Of a DNA stretch of 64,000 nt, positions 13,582 to 30,545 are shown piece after piece (within the stretch, counting starts at the first letter, position 1; every line of letters starts with the position of its first letter). The notes beneath the pieces are model-generated. The model worked only from the letters and a program-made list of their open reading frames with translations. It searched no databases and was not told the origin of the DNA. The DNA comes from Mitosporidium daphniae (Eukaryota): assembly GCF_000760515.2 (NCBI RefSeq), contig NW_013546689.1, positions 1 through 64,000 of the forward strand. Direction: 5' to 3'. The position numbers and the translations under genes are program-made.

Positions 13582-16500
13582 TTAGCTGTCTTGAATTTCA
13601 TCGTCAGACATAGAATCGGCATCACTGATGATGGCAGACGAAAACCACTTGATAGAGGGTTTGATTTTTTTCAAAGGCTTCACAGGTTTTTGTCGCTTAC
13701 TCTTTGAAGTTAAATGGTTTACATTGGCGGCAGCATTTTCGCCATTTTGACCGTCAAAATCTCGAGGGTCAGTAGCATCGGTAGCCGATTGGAGCTTCAA
13801 ATCTGAAGGTTCAAAGGCAAGAGAACAAGAGGTTCGTTTCAAGGTCAATTGGGATTTTTGCGCATCTTGCCGAAAATGGCTTTCGTTTAGTCCGTAAAGT
13901 ATCTTAATGTGGTCCAAAAATTCTCCAATCCAATGGCAAATTTGTTTGGCCGCCGCAGATGCACAGCAAGCGCCATCATCCTCATAAATGGCATCCAGTT
14001 TTGTTTGCCAAGAAATACAGGTTTGCCGTATCATCGATATTTCCTCAAACGTTTCAAATGGAATGTTGGATAGCATCTGAAACAGGATTTTTGCCTCCGG
14101 TGGCGAAAGCATTTTTCCGGATGGGAAAAAAAGCCCATCAACTGCGTTGACAAAATCGATTCTGTTGGTTCTTTTTTGGCGAATCCTATTGTAGTATTCA
14201 ACGAACAGCGATTTGCAGTCAAGGATTTCATGAAAGCCTAAGTTTAAAAAGCAATCCGATCATACCGCCGTCTTGCGCCAAAATACGGATGCCCATGCTC
14301 AAAGCCTCTTTTGTTTTGGAAAGTATAAAGTGTTGATATCTTGAAAATAGGAAATCCATACCCTCCATCGCTGCCTTTTTCAACTGCAAATGCGACGCTG
14401 ATGAAAAGATAATAAATTCAGCGGAAGCCGATGAAGGATGGATAAGTCCATTGGATAAAAATAGATAAAGCAAAGACACACAAAGAAATATCAGCTGCCG
14501 GTTCGGCGTACAGCATAGCCGTAATAAATGCTGTAAATACACCTGAGATATTCCCGATGATATGCTACAATAAAAAATTCGGTCAAAAAGTACATGTTTC
14601 CTTCGATGGATATTTTTTGCACCTCAACTTGCGCTTCGGAATGTACATCGCTTTTGATAGATCCAACGGCTGCTTTAGAAATGCACTGAAGAACCAAGTT
14701 GCAATGCTCATCAGAATAGTCATGTGTCGAATGCAAAGAAAGTATTTGTATAAAAAAATCCTTAAACTGCGGGATCAGCGAGATGTCTTGCCTTGATGTT
14801 GATATTTCAGTTAGCAGCAACAAAATGGATCGTATCTGAGAAGAAGACAGATGGCTGCTAAAGTTGGCCACAAGACAGGATGCCGTCTCCAGAGCCTTTG
14901 ACACATTAGCCTCAGTGGAGGGGTTTTGCGCTACACGCGACATTATGCCAAGCAGAAAAACCGATCTACAGCTCAAATTACCGATGCACTTATCAACCAT
15001 GTGCTTGTGTACATTTTCATAAAGTTTTGTAAACAGAGAATCCAGAATGCAGCAGCAATTGCTGTTTCGCAAAGACATGACCGATAAAAGCTCAACGAGC
15101 TTGCCAAGCATCTTTTCATGGCAACGGTTCAAAGCAGAAACGATGGACTTTGACAGCTGAAGCAAATGCACTTCAGACACAATGGGCATTCGCTCAAGTA
15201 CAATGCACAGAACGACACTTAAATAATACTGCATGTTGAGAGAATAGTTGAGCAGCTTTGGCTCCGGGCAAAACAGGGTTAAATAGAGCGGAAAAAACGC
15301 ACTGCTAAACGCCGTACTACTTGTCTCACCACATTGAAGCAGACAAGAAAAAAATTTAACGAAATTAAGGACATCGCTTGCGATGTCTTTTTCGATGATC
15401 TGTGTCAAGATACCCTTAAAAGTGTTTGAACATTGTTCGAAAAGGTCTGTTAAATTGTTGGGTTGTGCGTGGTGCTTGGGATCCTCTTCTTGGGCGAGTT
15501 GAAATGAATTCAACCCGGTGATAACCAAATGATCATCGTAACGGGAAAGGGCATCGACGAATGTTGAAAGAAGTTCATAAGATTGCCTCGCCAACAGCGG
15601 GAAAATAAGTTTGGCCGCATGGCAGCGAATCGACAAATTGGCGTGCGTTAGCTTGGAACACAAAATGGCAAATAATTGCGTAAAATAGTTTCGTTGCGCT
15701 GGCATGGTTTGAAGTATTTGAGATAAAATTGACATTCCCTTCTTTTGAATGCCAGCATTTGCATCCTACATGATAGATGGTTTGCAGGTCCAATTTACCT
15801 GTACCAAGTGCAGCAAAATATCAAGCACGCTTTGTATTGCACATTCTTCATACCGAAATACTTCGGCCAAAAAATCCACAATAAGCTCCCTAACCGGGGC
15901 AGAGGTGTCCTGATACCGCATGCGAAGCATTTTTTCGACCACATTAAACGTAGGCAACAGTTTTGAATTGGTTTTGTACAAATCGCACAGGTATTTGATG
16001 GATCGGGTTTTCAGCGAAACATTGGCATCAGAAGAAAGTTGGAAAAGCTTAAAGTTTACGTTTTGGATAAAAGGGTAAATGGAGACCCAAGCAAAAGAGC
16101 CCAATAAAGACGGCAAATCGGCGTTCCCAATAAAAGGGCAGTCCATGGCATTGGAATTGATCTTTGCCATCATCGAATAGTCGTGCTGATCGATGATATA
16201 AGATGTGTAGCATAGGGAAATACATGATTGCCTCAACAATTCATGATCCTGAATGTAAGACCAATTTGGAGAAGCGTGAACGTGTCCACAAGACACGTTA
16301 TGTGCAAAAAATTCGAAAAACGAGGTTAGGATTTTGAATAAAAGATCCAATACCGACGCCTTGAAAGAAGAAGCGGCCTTGCAATCATCAAGAATGCCAA
16401 TGCAAGTTTTAATGATGTACTTTGTAACCGTAATTTGGGTAAGATCTCCGTTTTGCAGCGAATCGCCAAGATTGGAGGAGCAAGCGCCAAGAAACGCAAA

Positions 16501-17947
16501 AACACCAGAAGAATGTTTTTGCGAATCCTGGAACAAGATCCGTATCAGCGAATCTAAAAAAGTGGACATTTCCTTGAAATTTTCCAGCAAAATCGCATGA
16601 GAAGCACCGTGTAAAGCAATCTTTTCGTTGCAGAAAAATGACCGCAATAGCGCACAAAGTAGCTTTGCGTCCCAATTGTTGCCATGAGGAGCATTGCAAA
16701 TGTGCGATATGTACACTTTGGACGTCGGCTCCAACAAACAAGGATAGCGGTAAATGATTTTTTCCACAAACAAGATCAACTCGCACGATACGGCGCCAAA
16801 CCGCTCCGGTTTCAAATACATTGCCAAAAGCATCATTTGCACCTGCAAGTAAAAAAGAATGACAAACCTGAGTTGAATAGCCTTCGTTACACAAAATCAC
16901 ATTACAAGGCGAAGCGTTGAAAAATGTCAGCAGCCTTTCTAATTTGGCAAGCGTAGAGGGGCGAGAGTGGAATTCTAGTGATCAGCAAGGCTCGAGTACC
17001 ACAAAAACAGTCACCTAGCAATAAGTGTTCCAAAATGCCCAGGCACTCAAAGAGCCCCGAATCGGAGGGATCTGGCTACAAAAAATTAAAAATCACACCA
17101 CTTACTTGGTCATCAGCCTGCGAAAACTCGTAGCATACAAGAATCAAGATGGAGATGTTGAGCCAGAACAAGTATGCATCAAAATTCCACTCGCCCTGAT
17201 CAGCCTTGATATCTTTAAACCTTGAGCCGATAGTTTGGAGCTTTTCCTTGATCATGCCGAGTTTATTTGAGGGGATGTCTCTAAGAATGTCATATTTATC
17301 AAAGGACACAATTGTCAGATACTCCGATGAAGCCGATATTTTGCAGTCCAGATGCATTGCGCTGATTGTTGAAAGGTTTTTAACAAAGCAATCGATTGAA
17401 TAGAGTTTTTTCCGTCCTAAATACGTAAGGCCTTGGTGCGCAAACTTGTAGGTGAAGAGAGCTCGTCAAATTCAAATCGCAAGCAAGAGGCTTTTGCTTG
17501 AAAGGCAGAACCAGAGTGTTGCCCAAGTAAAGGAAATTCCGAAATGCCAACTAAAATGTAAATGCATGAACGACATCCAAAAAAAGAAACAAGCGCCAAT
17601 GGATTGAATTGCAAACCTTGTATGCCCTGATGATCGGCTGGCCTTGGCGAGGATGGGCCAGAAGTTGGCGTCTTCACCGTCAATTTAATCCTTGACATTT
17701 TTTTGGGCGTATACAAGATGGGAGGAGCGTCAGATTCGTGGTCAATGCCATCCAACAGGTCGATATATTTGATAAATCTACAGGTGAAATGCGATCCAAT
17801 GTACAATTTTGTCCTGTCCAATTGAACCCGATGAGCCCGAATATTTGCCTGCTCCAGAATTGCCTCATTAAGCTTGACGGGAAACTCCGGAAACAAAAAG
17901 GTGCAAGTAGACTGTACATGGCTCCTTGAGTCGGTAAAAACCTCCAT
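13582..17947 (-). CDS. SCC2: Cohesin loader Scc2/NIPBL (divergent HEAT-repeat protein)
   Basis: VSLKTRSIKYL...RYQDTSAPVRELIVDFL resembles the Scc2 HEAT core. GLIHP and NIPFETFEE resemble the Nipped-B C-terminal region. Multi-exon; N-terminal exon boundaries approximate. Confidence 0.7.
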
Positions 17948-17997
17948 ATTGCAAAATTTTGCTTTTATTTTAAATTTCAACGAAATTGGCCCAATTG

Positions 17998-19888
17998 ATG
18001 ATTGTGTGGTGGTCGGCTAGGGTAAGGTTGCCATAATCCAGCAAATTTACAAAATCGAAGATCATCGCTTTGTTGGTCCAATGGCCGCCGAACGTTCCAG
18101 CTGGGCATAAATGCCTACCAGTGAAAGGGGAAGTGCATGGTCCCCCACTTTTCTTTAATGTAAATAATACGGAGCAGGGGGAATGTCAAAATTATTGCTT
18201 GCACAATAAATATTCGCAAAAATTATTCATCGACATTAGCACCAAAGATTATTTATTCTATTAACCTTCAGCTATATAGGCTGACTAAACATCACTTTTT
18301 TTCCCACTTATTTTACACCAAGCGACGTTTGCATTCAATCATGGGCAGCTCGGAAAAGATCGATCTCAAAACCCCAAAGGTACTTGCACGATTTCTTAGC
18401 ATGAACCCCTAGGGCACCAAAGACTATGCGCCTGCTGAAATGGCCATCAGAGAGAAGGCGTTCTCCATCATCACACAATGCTTCAAGCTTTACGGCGCCG
18501 TTACTATTGATACCCCGGTCTTTGAGCTAAAGGTATACACCTAAGGCCTTTATTACCGTTCCTAGGAGGTTCTTACAAATAAATATGGCGAAGATTCCAA
18601 GCTCATCTTTGACCTTCAAGACCAAGGCGGCGAGCTCTGTTCGCTTCGTTACGATCTTACCGTTCCATTTGCAAGGTTTCTTGCAATGAACAAGCATATT
18701 AAGGCCATAAAGAGATACCATATCGGCAAGGTCTATCGCCGGGATCAACCGATCATGACTCGGGGTCGGTTTAGAGAATTCTATCAATGTGTAAGCATGT
18801 AACTTTGATCGCCATCCGTCTTTTAGGATTTTGATATTGCAGGGCAATACGAGTCGATGCTTGCCGATGCGGAGATCATTGCCATCATGCATCAAGTGCT
18901 GTCGCGTCTCAAGATAGGCGAATTCGTTATCAAAATCAACCATCGCAAGCTTTTAGACGGCATTTTCGAGGCATGTGGAGTGCCTTGTGCTTCATTCCGT
19001 ACAATTTGCTCGTCGGTCGATAAGCTTGACAAGGTATCATGCTCAGCTAACATCCAGACACCATGGGAGGAGGTCCGTTCAGAAATGATCTCCGAAAAAG
19101 GACTTGGCTATGAAGTGGCAGATCATATCGGCTCGTTTGTCTCGAAGAAGGGAGATCCCTGCTCACTTTTAAAGGAACTTGCCTCTGACCCTATTCTTCT
19201 CGATAACGCTTCTGCGCAGCTTGGCATTGCCGAGCTGCAACGGCTCTTTTCATTTATCAACATGATGGTGGTAAAGGAGGAGCAACAGAAATCCAGAGTT
19301 ATCTTGGACCTTTCTCTTGCTCGAGGGCTCGACTACTACACTGGAATGATTACCGAGGCTGTCCTGTTTGAGAACAAGCACAACTTTGTTGGTATGCCCC
19401 AATTTACGCTATTTTTTATAGGTTCCATTGCCGGTGGCGGAAGATATGATGGATTGGTGCAAAACTTTTCCAACTCTGGACACACCATTCCTTGTGTGGG
19501 GATGAGCATTGGCATCGAGAGAATTTTTGCCATCATGGAGGCACAGCAAGCAGTATCCTCCATTGTTTCCAAAACAATCCCAACTCAAGTGCTCGTCGCG
19601 TCGCTGGGTGATCCGCTGTTGTCTGAACATCTCGCTATTTGCCAAATGCTTCGCTCTGCTAATATACCCACAGAGACGCCATTGAAGCAGCGGAATAGGC
19701 CTTTTGATATTTTCGAATATGCCGAGAAAAACATGGTCCCAATCCTGGTCATCTTCGGACAGGACGAGATAGCCGCGGGCAGCGTTCGCATAAAGCAGGC
19801 CTACGATCGAGAGGACAAGGGAAAGCTAGTTCCCATCGCCTCCCTTGTTCAGGAAATCGCTTTGAAGCTGGAAAATACTGACCTTTAG
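17998..19888 (+). CDS. HTS1: Histidyl-tRNA synthetase; cytosolic ATG at 18341, predicted mitochondrial upstream exon 17998-18021
   Basis: Motifs [68 protein letters not shown]. Confidence 0.93.
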
Positions 19889-19992
19889 AGGCTTATAAAT
19901 CAAATCTGCCCCCACATCCTTAACCTCAATTTAATTCCTTTCAAATGCGCAGCATAGGAGCAACCTTAAGTTGTCAAAATAAACGCCCCTGT

Positions 19993-20004
19993 TTAGGGTT
20001 AGGG
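19993..20004. promoter_or_regulatory. TTAGGGTTAGGG telo-box/Tbf1-type site upstream of the snoRNA unit
   Basis: Two telomere-type hexamers about 120 nt upstream of the host intron, followed by TATAAT at 20011. Tbf1/telo-box sites are known at snoRNA promoters. Confidence 0.5.
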
Positions 20005-20145
20005 GTCATCTATAATGTGCCATCCCACGCCACATGCAAAACCCGGCCACAATGCTCCCATTATTAAATTTTATTTTCATCTTGATAAGTGCCCCTTGCA
20101 AATTTAAAATTTAATTCGAGATGTAAGTATTTGTCTTTTGTTTTC

Positions 20146-20203
20146 GTGATGAACTCTGCCGCCCCAGTCCTATCATATCGATGAGGATTATGCAGAACTC
20201 TGA
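20146..20203 (+). ncRNA. Box C/D snoRNA, snR67/SNORD31(U31)-like, in intron 20123-20242
   Basis: C box GTGATGA. Guide TGCCGCCCCAGT (20157-20168) is antisense to the LSU P-loop ACUGGGGCGGCA. D' CCTA, C' TCGATGA, D box CTGA (20200-20203). The D'+5 rule points to the Gm2251/Gm2619-equivalent G. Confidence 0.8.
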
Positions 20204-20257
20204 TTAAACCATCTTATTTTTGTTTGAAATTCTTACCTTTAGGCTCGAATCTCCGGG

Positions 20258-20332
20258 ATGATGACAAGCCAATAAATTCGCAGTTTCCACTATAGGTTTC
20301 CGATGATAGTGAACACTTCCTTGGATGTCTGA
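20258..20332 (+). ncRNA. U14: U14 (snR128) box C/D snoRNA
   Basis: C box ATGATGA, domain A ATTCGCAGTTTCCAC (20276-20290), domain B CTTCCTTGGATGT, then D box CTGA. Both domains are antisense to conserved 18S sequences. Confidence 0.92.
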
Positions 20333-20615
20333 CATGTGTTACCGATTAATAAAATGCTGATGATGATGATGATACGTATATTTATTTTACTTGACATAAT
20401 CTACTGTTCTGAAGATGGTGTCTGCCCATTCTGTTTGGCCGCAATCGCATCGCTGGTGGCGTGGTGCGTGTAAGCGGTGTTTAGGCATTCCTCAGCATCA
20501 TTATCCCCGATGAAAATTGTATGGGTTTCATGCTCGTCCAGCACACGTAATCCAGCGTGCATTTGACTGGCCAAATGTGGGTCTCCATACCCCTGGCCGT
20601 TTGTCTCAAGGATTT

Positions 20616-22640
20616 CTATGTTTTTTTAGCTTCACCAATGGCTGCATCACACATCCGATATTCTCCAAGCCTGGAAGATATAGGAGAGTTCAAGACGGCC
20701 ACATGAGAGGCGGGGGTTTCCAAACCTTTTAAGACGCTCGCATGTACCATCGGTGAAACGGGCTTCGGATGCTCAATGTGTTCAATATGACTTACATCAG
20801 ACAAAGGAGAATCAGAGGGAGAGTATTGTTCCGCTATAGGAATCCCTATATCTGCCGGTAATTCCAGTTCAGAAGCAGGATAAACAGAATCTACCGCAGG
20901 AAGGATTAGATCCCCCTCTTTGATAGTATGATGCAGCTCCATTGCCAAGGGAACAATCGTTTTTGACTCAACTTTGCCTCGCCTTTCGGCCATTTTATGT
21001 AAAGCAGAAAGGTGTGCAAATACTGCAGCTCTGATAGAAGAGCCGTCAGGCTCATCAGCGAGGATCCGCCGGCGGGGGGGATCTGGCATAACAGAAGCTG
21101 GTTTGCAGACTGGCATAGATAAAAGCGATTTCGACGCCGGTTCTATAGATACCACACAGGGCAAATCTCCGGTTTCCTGAGATAGGATTTCTGTATGACC
21201 TATTGGCTCCATACTCGTCATGTTGGCTGCAACGCGCTTCCGCTTCTCTCGTGCGTAAGCCTTTGCAAAAGTGCTTGTCGATAGTGTCTGCGAGGATGGC
21301 GAGAGTGCAAGCAGCAGAGCAGCATATGCCGAGCGCCGCAGTGTTAGTCGACTCTTCATCAGTAACTCGGTGTTGGAGATTTTCGTCGCAAGCAGAAGCT
21401 CTCTGATCACAAAAGCTTCCACAAATTCATATATAAGTCGCTGGAGCGAGACTAGTGGTTTTTTCTTCTCATCGCATGCTTTAAGTGTAGCACGAATGGC
21501 ATTGAGCCGGTTCTCCTGCTCCGCAGAGATATCATCAATCAGAGCTCCAAGCTCTTCTATAGGGATTTTTGTAAGCGCCACACTGACCGCAGAATATTTA
21601 CCCCCGCGATCTGCTCCTCGAGTGATAGTGACTGAGCTATCACGATTTTTTTCCAAAGAAGAAATTTCCTTGCAAGAAACATCCATGGACTCGCTAGCAT
21701 TTCCACTTTCAAGCGTGAGAATATCTGTCGGTGACATCTCAAAAGTTTTTTCTCCAATTGCTTCATAAACCAACTCAGAGGTAGACTCATCAATAATCCT
21801 TTTTGTTGATTCACTAGGTATTTCCTTTTGTGTCTGGTCTTCATCGGCATCATCATCGAAAAGCAACAGCATATTCTCACGGATCTCATTGAGAACCATA
21901 TGGGCGTCAGGTCCCGAAATGCTTNTACGACTTCCCCATCGTTGCTCAAAGGCCCCAAGAAGCCCAGGAGCTGAATCCTGTAGCATTTGGGCAACCGTTT
22001 TTGACGCGACAGGGGGTGGTCCAGTTTTGCTGTCCGTAGCCTCTGTTCGTCCCATCGGTGCGATGTCAATGGATATGGACACAGATCCATTCTTATGTTC
22101 ATGCGTCTTCATATTTTTTGGCTTTGTTCTCTTTGAGCTTGTATCCTTTGCAAGACCCACTGAGAGTTTGGCACTTTTGGAGCCCTTTTTTGGCTTGTAA
22201 GGTGCTTGTTCCGGTGTCTTTTTCTTTGAAGCTTTGTGTTTCGGTTTTTGCTTTGAGTCTTGTGTTTCCTCCTTGATTACAGCGCCATTTGTCTTGGGAG
22301 GTTTAGGCTCTTCAGCTACAGGGCGCTTCTTCGGGACAGCCCGCCGAATCTCCTCAATATAATAATCGGAAGCACGGGGAAACCCAGATAACTGACTGGA
22401 ATGTTCCGATATGTCCCCATTCCTGCCTCCGCCATCATCGATGAAAGGATCCTCAAAGTCGTAATCCCCTACATCAAAGTTGCGTCGAGATTTTTTTGCA
22501 GGCGATATGGCACTGGGAGCCATAGGTACTTGGATATTGACAGGTGCTGTTGGAGCTAGTAGTTTTTCGTAGTTAAATAGATGGAACCGCGACACGCCGG
22601 TGGTTAGTGCATGCGGAGGCGGGTCCAACTCGAGACGCAT
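20616..22640 (-). CDS. Hpc2/ubinuclein-like protein (HRD/HUN motif), HIRA complex
   Basis: GDYDFEDPFIDD motif followed by a basic low-complexity region. One ambiguous base at 21925. Confidence 0.6.
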   Translation of the reverse strand: MRLELDPPPHALTTGVSRFHLFNYEKLLAPTAPVNIQVPMAPSAISPAKKSRRNFDVGDYDFEDPFIDDGGGRNGDISEHSSQLSGFPRASDYYIEEIRRAVPKKRPVAEEPKPPKTNGAVIKEETQDSKQKPKHKASKKKTPEQAPYKPKKGSKSAKLSVGLAKDTSSKRTKPKNMKTHEHKNGSVSISIDIAPMGRTEATDSKTGPPPVASKTVAQMLQDSAPGLLGAFEQRWGSRXSISGPDAHMVLNEIRENMLLLFDDDADEDQTQKEIPSESTKRIIDESTSELVYEAIGEKTFEMSPTDILTLESGNASESMDVSCKEISSLEKNRDSSVTITRGADRGGKYSAVSVALTKIPIEELGALIDDISAEQENRLNAIRATLKACDEKKKPLVSLQRLIYEFVEAFVIRELLLATKISNTELLMKSRLTLRRSAYAALLLALSPSSQTLSTSTFAKAYAREKRKRVAANMTSMEPIGHTEILSQETGDLPCVVSIEPASKSLLSMPVCKPASVMPDPPRRRILADEPDGSSIRAAVFAHLSALHKMAERRGKVESKTIVPLAMELHHTIKEGDLILPAVDSVYPASELELPADIGIPIAEQYSPSDSPLSDVSHIEHIEHPKPVSPMVHASVLKGLETPASHVAVLNSPISSRLGEYRMCDAAIGEAKKT

Positions 22641-22722
22641 CTGTTAATTCAAAAAACGATTAAATGGGACGGCCTGTCATTTAATTAAGTAACTATTCGG
22701 TGTATCACCCCAGATATTCATC

Positions 22723-26614
<3,892 letters not shown>

Positions 26615-26929
26615 CTATTTTTATCGAATGATGGTTGGTTTGAATTACGCCTCCACAATTTGGGTTCCAGAAGGAGCGGTTAAATTTAAACTGCAAATGA
26701 AAAGTACGCCGATTGAATTGGAATTTAAAATTGAGCTGTTTTTAATTTCAATGGTGGTAGGACTTATCTCTTTGATTCTTCCGGGGATAAAAAGCGTTCT
26801 TACGATCTTATCCAATAAGACTCTTAAAACATAAAAAGTTCAATATCAGCACATGTAGCTATATGAGACAGTAGGCTTAAATAATCCTCTTAGCATCAGT
26901 TGAAATACTAAAGTAGACATACGGGACAA

Positions 26930-27259
26930 ATGTTGCCACTAGTGCTACAAATCGTATCTAACTCAACCAAATGTGTTTATAAAGCAATACAGAATACATG
27001 GCCCATTTTTATCAAAGCCCAGGTAGTATTTTTCTTAGAAAAGGGAAATATACGGAAAATTATCAATGCAAGAAAAACAAAGTGGTGCACCTCCGACCAT
27101 TTTCAGTATCTAATCAATCGAAGGCCGCTTAAAAGAGAGATTGTCTCGAAGCCCGATAAAAATAACGCATTTGCGAACCTTGAATTTTGTCTTGGTGACT
27201 GGAAAAGTTCAGTGGATTGGCAAAAGGTAGCAAATCCGTGTATTCTATTGGTGCGATAG
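26930..27259 (+). CDS. Possible small multi-exon hypothetical gene
   Basis: Basic 109-aa ORF with several GT..AG mini-intron-like segments. I could not build a consistent model. Confidence 0.2.
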   Translation: MLPLVLQIVSNSTKCVYKAIQNTWPIFIKAQVVFFLEKGNIRKIINARKTKWCTSDHFQYLINRRPLKREIVSKPDKNNAFANLEFCLGDWKSSVDWQKVANPCILLVR

Positions 27260-27378
27260 ATTTTTTGGTTTTATGCAATTAATTAAAATTGGGGATGCAA
27301 ATTTTTTATCCAGTTCAATCTTAACCCTACTTTCAATTTGGATTATATTCTCGGGGTATTTTTATTCCGTTCTTAAAT

Positions 27379-28692
<1,314 letters not shown>

Positions 28693-29072
28693 TATTAAAG
28701 CAATCAATAGGCATGCTGACGGTCATTGCAAGAGATTAATTTAGCCGCTATGCGGGATCATATTCCAGCCACAATTGGATCTGCCCCCTTATACTCTCCC
28801 TCCTTAAAGTTAAATCCACCGTTAGTTCGCCGGCCTTCTGGTGGAGGGTTAGGCTGGCCGCTCAACCACGGCATATATACGCCATTTACTCGTTTATTAA
28901 TGATAAGCATTTGTTAATGCCTCAAGGAACACATTTCATGGCTTGTCCACGTCTTTTCTTCGCCAAATAAGCACTGGTCAACGACCGTCGAGGATGCCCT
29001 TGGCCAAATACCTAGAATTGATCTTGAGCTTAGACGCATTCCGGCTTTCATCCATCGTATTCGTGTGGACTC

Positions 29073-29126
29073 CTGTGAGTAGGCTGTGAGTAGGCTGTGA
29101 GTAGGCTGTGAGCAGGCTGTGGGTGG
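29073..29126. repeat. 11-bp tandem repeat CTGTGAGTAGG, about 5 copies
   Basis: Three perfect and two degenerate copies between convergent genes. Confidence 0.9.
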
Positions 29127-29318
29127 CTTTTTGAAATCCAGATGATGATTCACAGTTGGATGCCCATATCTACAGGCGAACGGAGGCGCTCGTGAGAATA
29201 CGATTTAAAAATCGTATGCCATGATAGCCCTATTTTAAAGCGGAAATTCTTAAAGCGAAAGGGTGTCATCATACGAAACCTCAGCCTTACAATGTGATAG
29301 ATTACATTTTAGTCAAAT

Positions 29319-30545
29319 TTAGTTACTTGCAGATATGCTTATCTGCTTGGTTTTCTCAATAAACGTCATCATCTCTTGCTCACTTTCCATTCCAAGCAGC
29401 ATGGTCTTAGGTGATAGCTGGCTACCTGCTCCCCGTGTCTTGAGCGCCAGCATGTGAAGGGACAGCTTCGACTTGTCTGCCCGAGTGACATTCACTTTTT
29501 TCTCTGGGAGATTTATGACTGTTGACGAGCTATTGACATTGGCAAGTATCCCTTTAACAGTCGCCGAGTTTCCAGGAAGGTACCACTTGAGCTCTCCGGT
29601 TGAAAATAGCTGGAAGTGACGCTCTTTCCACGAGCATGAAAGATATTTTCCTTGCTTCCAGAAGGTGCCGCTATGAATAGCGACGGGCGTCGTCGAAATG
29701 CCACCGCTCACAATGGACGAGTCACGTAGCGACGAATTCGAAATGCCGCTAGTCGCTACTACACCCTTCGAGCCATTTGCGGCATTGTTTGAAACACTGG
29801 TGGAACTGCCTTTGCCGCCACTGAGGTTGCTTTTTGTGGACACATTTGTAGCGCTTTTGGTCGATACATTGGTGGCGCTTTTTGTGGATACATTTGTGGC
29901 GCTTTTGGTCGATGTTTCTGCGGCACTTTTCAGAGAAGTTTTGGAGGCACTCGCAATAAAAGCAGCGGAGCTCTTTTCCTCTGAAGATTTGGGTTCTGGG
30001 ATCTTTTCTCCGGGTGTTGTGGTGGCCCGGGCCATCTCCTCTGTTTCAATGACATGATTTTTCAGCGGTGATTCTCCGATCGAAGATCGTGAACCATTCG
30101 CCACTAATAGATTAGTAGTACCATTTTCTTCCACTACATTCTCGACTTCCTTTTGTCGCAATGGTGTGGTCTCACCAGCCATCTGACGCTCAAGGACATC
30201 ATTAACTTGTGCCTGCACTTTTTCTTTCGCCTCGGACATTGGCAAGTCGGTTTTAGAGACGGACTCTTCGCTTATCACCCCTACCGTCTCGTCAACGGGA
30301 GTTTTCGTTGCCAGGTTACCAGGCTTTCGTTTTCTTGATGCCATCGCCAAATCCTTATCTTCCTTTTCTTCAAGATTTGCACCGTTTGATGATATCCAGC
30401 TTTTTTTTTCCTCTGCAGAAATTTTTTCATTAGAAACAGTGATGCTCTCTTCATCTGCGGCGATCTTGCCCTCATCCTCGGGGTCTCCTGCGATCATTTC
30501 AATAACACGGTTAGCAATTGATTTTCTTGGTGTTTCTGCTGTCAT
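29319..30545 (-). CDS. PH-domain protein with low-complexity N-terminus and STKSATNV repeats
   Basis: C-terminal HSGTFWKQGKYLSCSWKERHFQL...LKWY is a PH signature. Intronless. Confidence 0.7.
   Translation of the reverse strand: MTAETPRKSIANRVIEMIAGDPEDEGKIAADEESITVSNEKISAEEKKSWISSNGANLEEKEDKDLAMASRKRKPGNLATKTPVDETVGVISEESVSKTDLPMSEAKEKVQAQVNDVLERQMAGETTPLRQKEVENVVEENGTTNLLVANGSRSSIGESPLKNHVIETEEMARATTTPGEKIPEPKSSEEKSSAAFIASASKTSLKSAAETSTKSATNVSTKSATNVSTKSATNVSTKSNLSGGKGSSTSVSNNAANGSKGVVATSGISNSSLRDSSIVSGGISTTPVAIHSGTFWKQGKYLSCSWKERHFQLFSTGELKWYLPGNSATVKGILANVNSSSTVINLPEKKVNVTRADKSKLSLHMLALKTRGAGSQLSPKTMLLGMESEQEMMTFIEKTKQISISASN

Noticed and set aside
18160..18177. 18-nt AT|G intron creating an alternative HTS1 start
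   Set aside because: Shorter than any supported intron (22 nt or more). The 17998 exon model has a stronger donor and fits the promoter spacing.
19993..20004. Telomere or chromosome end
   Set aside because: Only two TTAGGG units, in an internal position; better explained as a promoter element.
20358..20412. Third C/D snoRNA (ATGATGA...CTGA)
   Set aside because: The C box is part of a (GAT)n microsatellite, and there is no recognisable guide or internal boxes.
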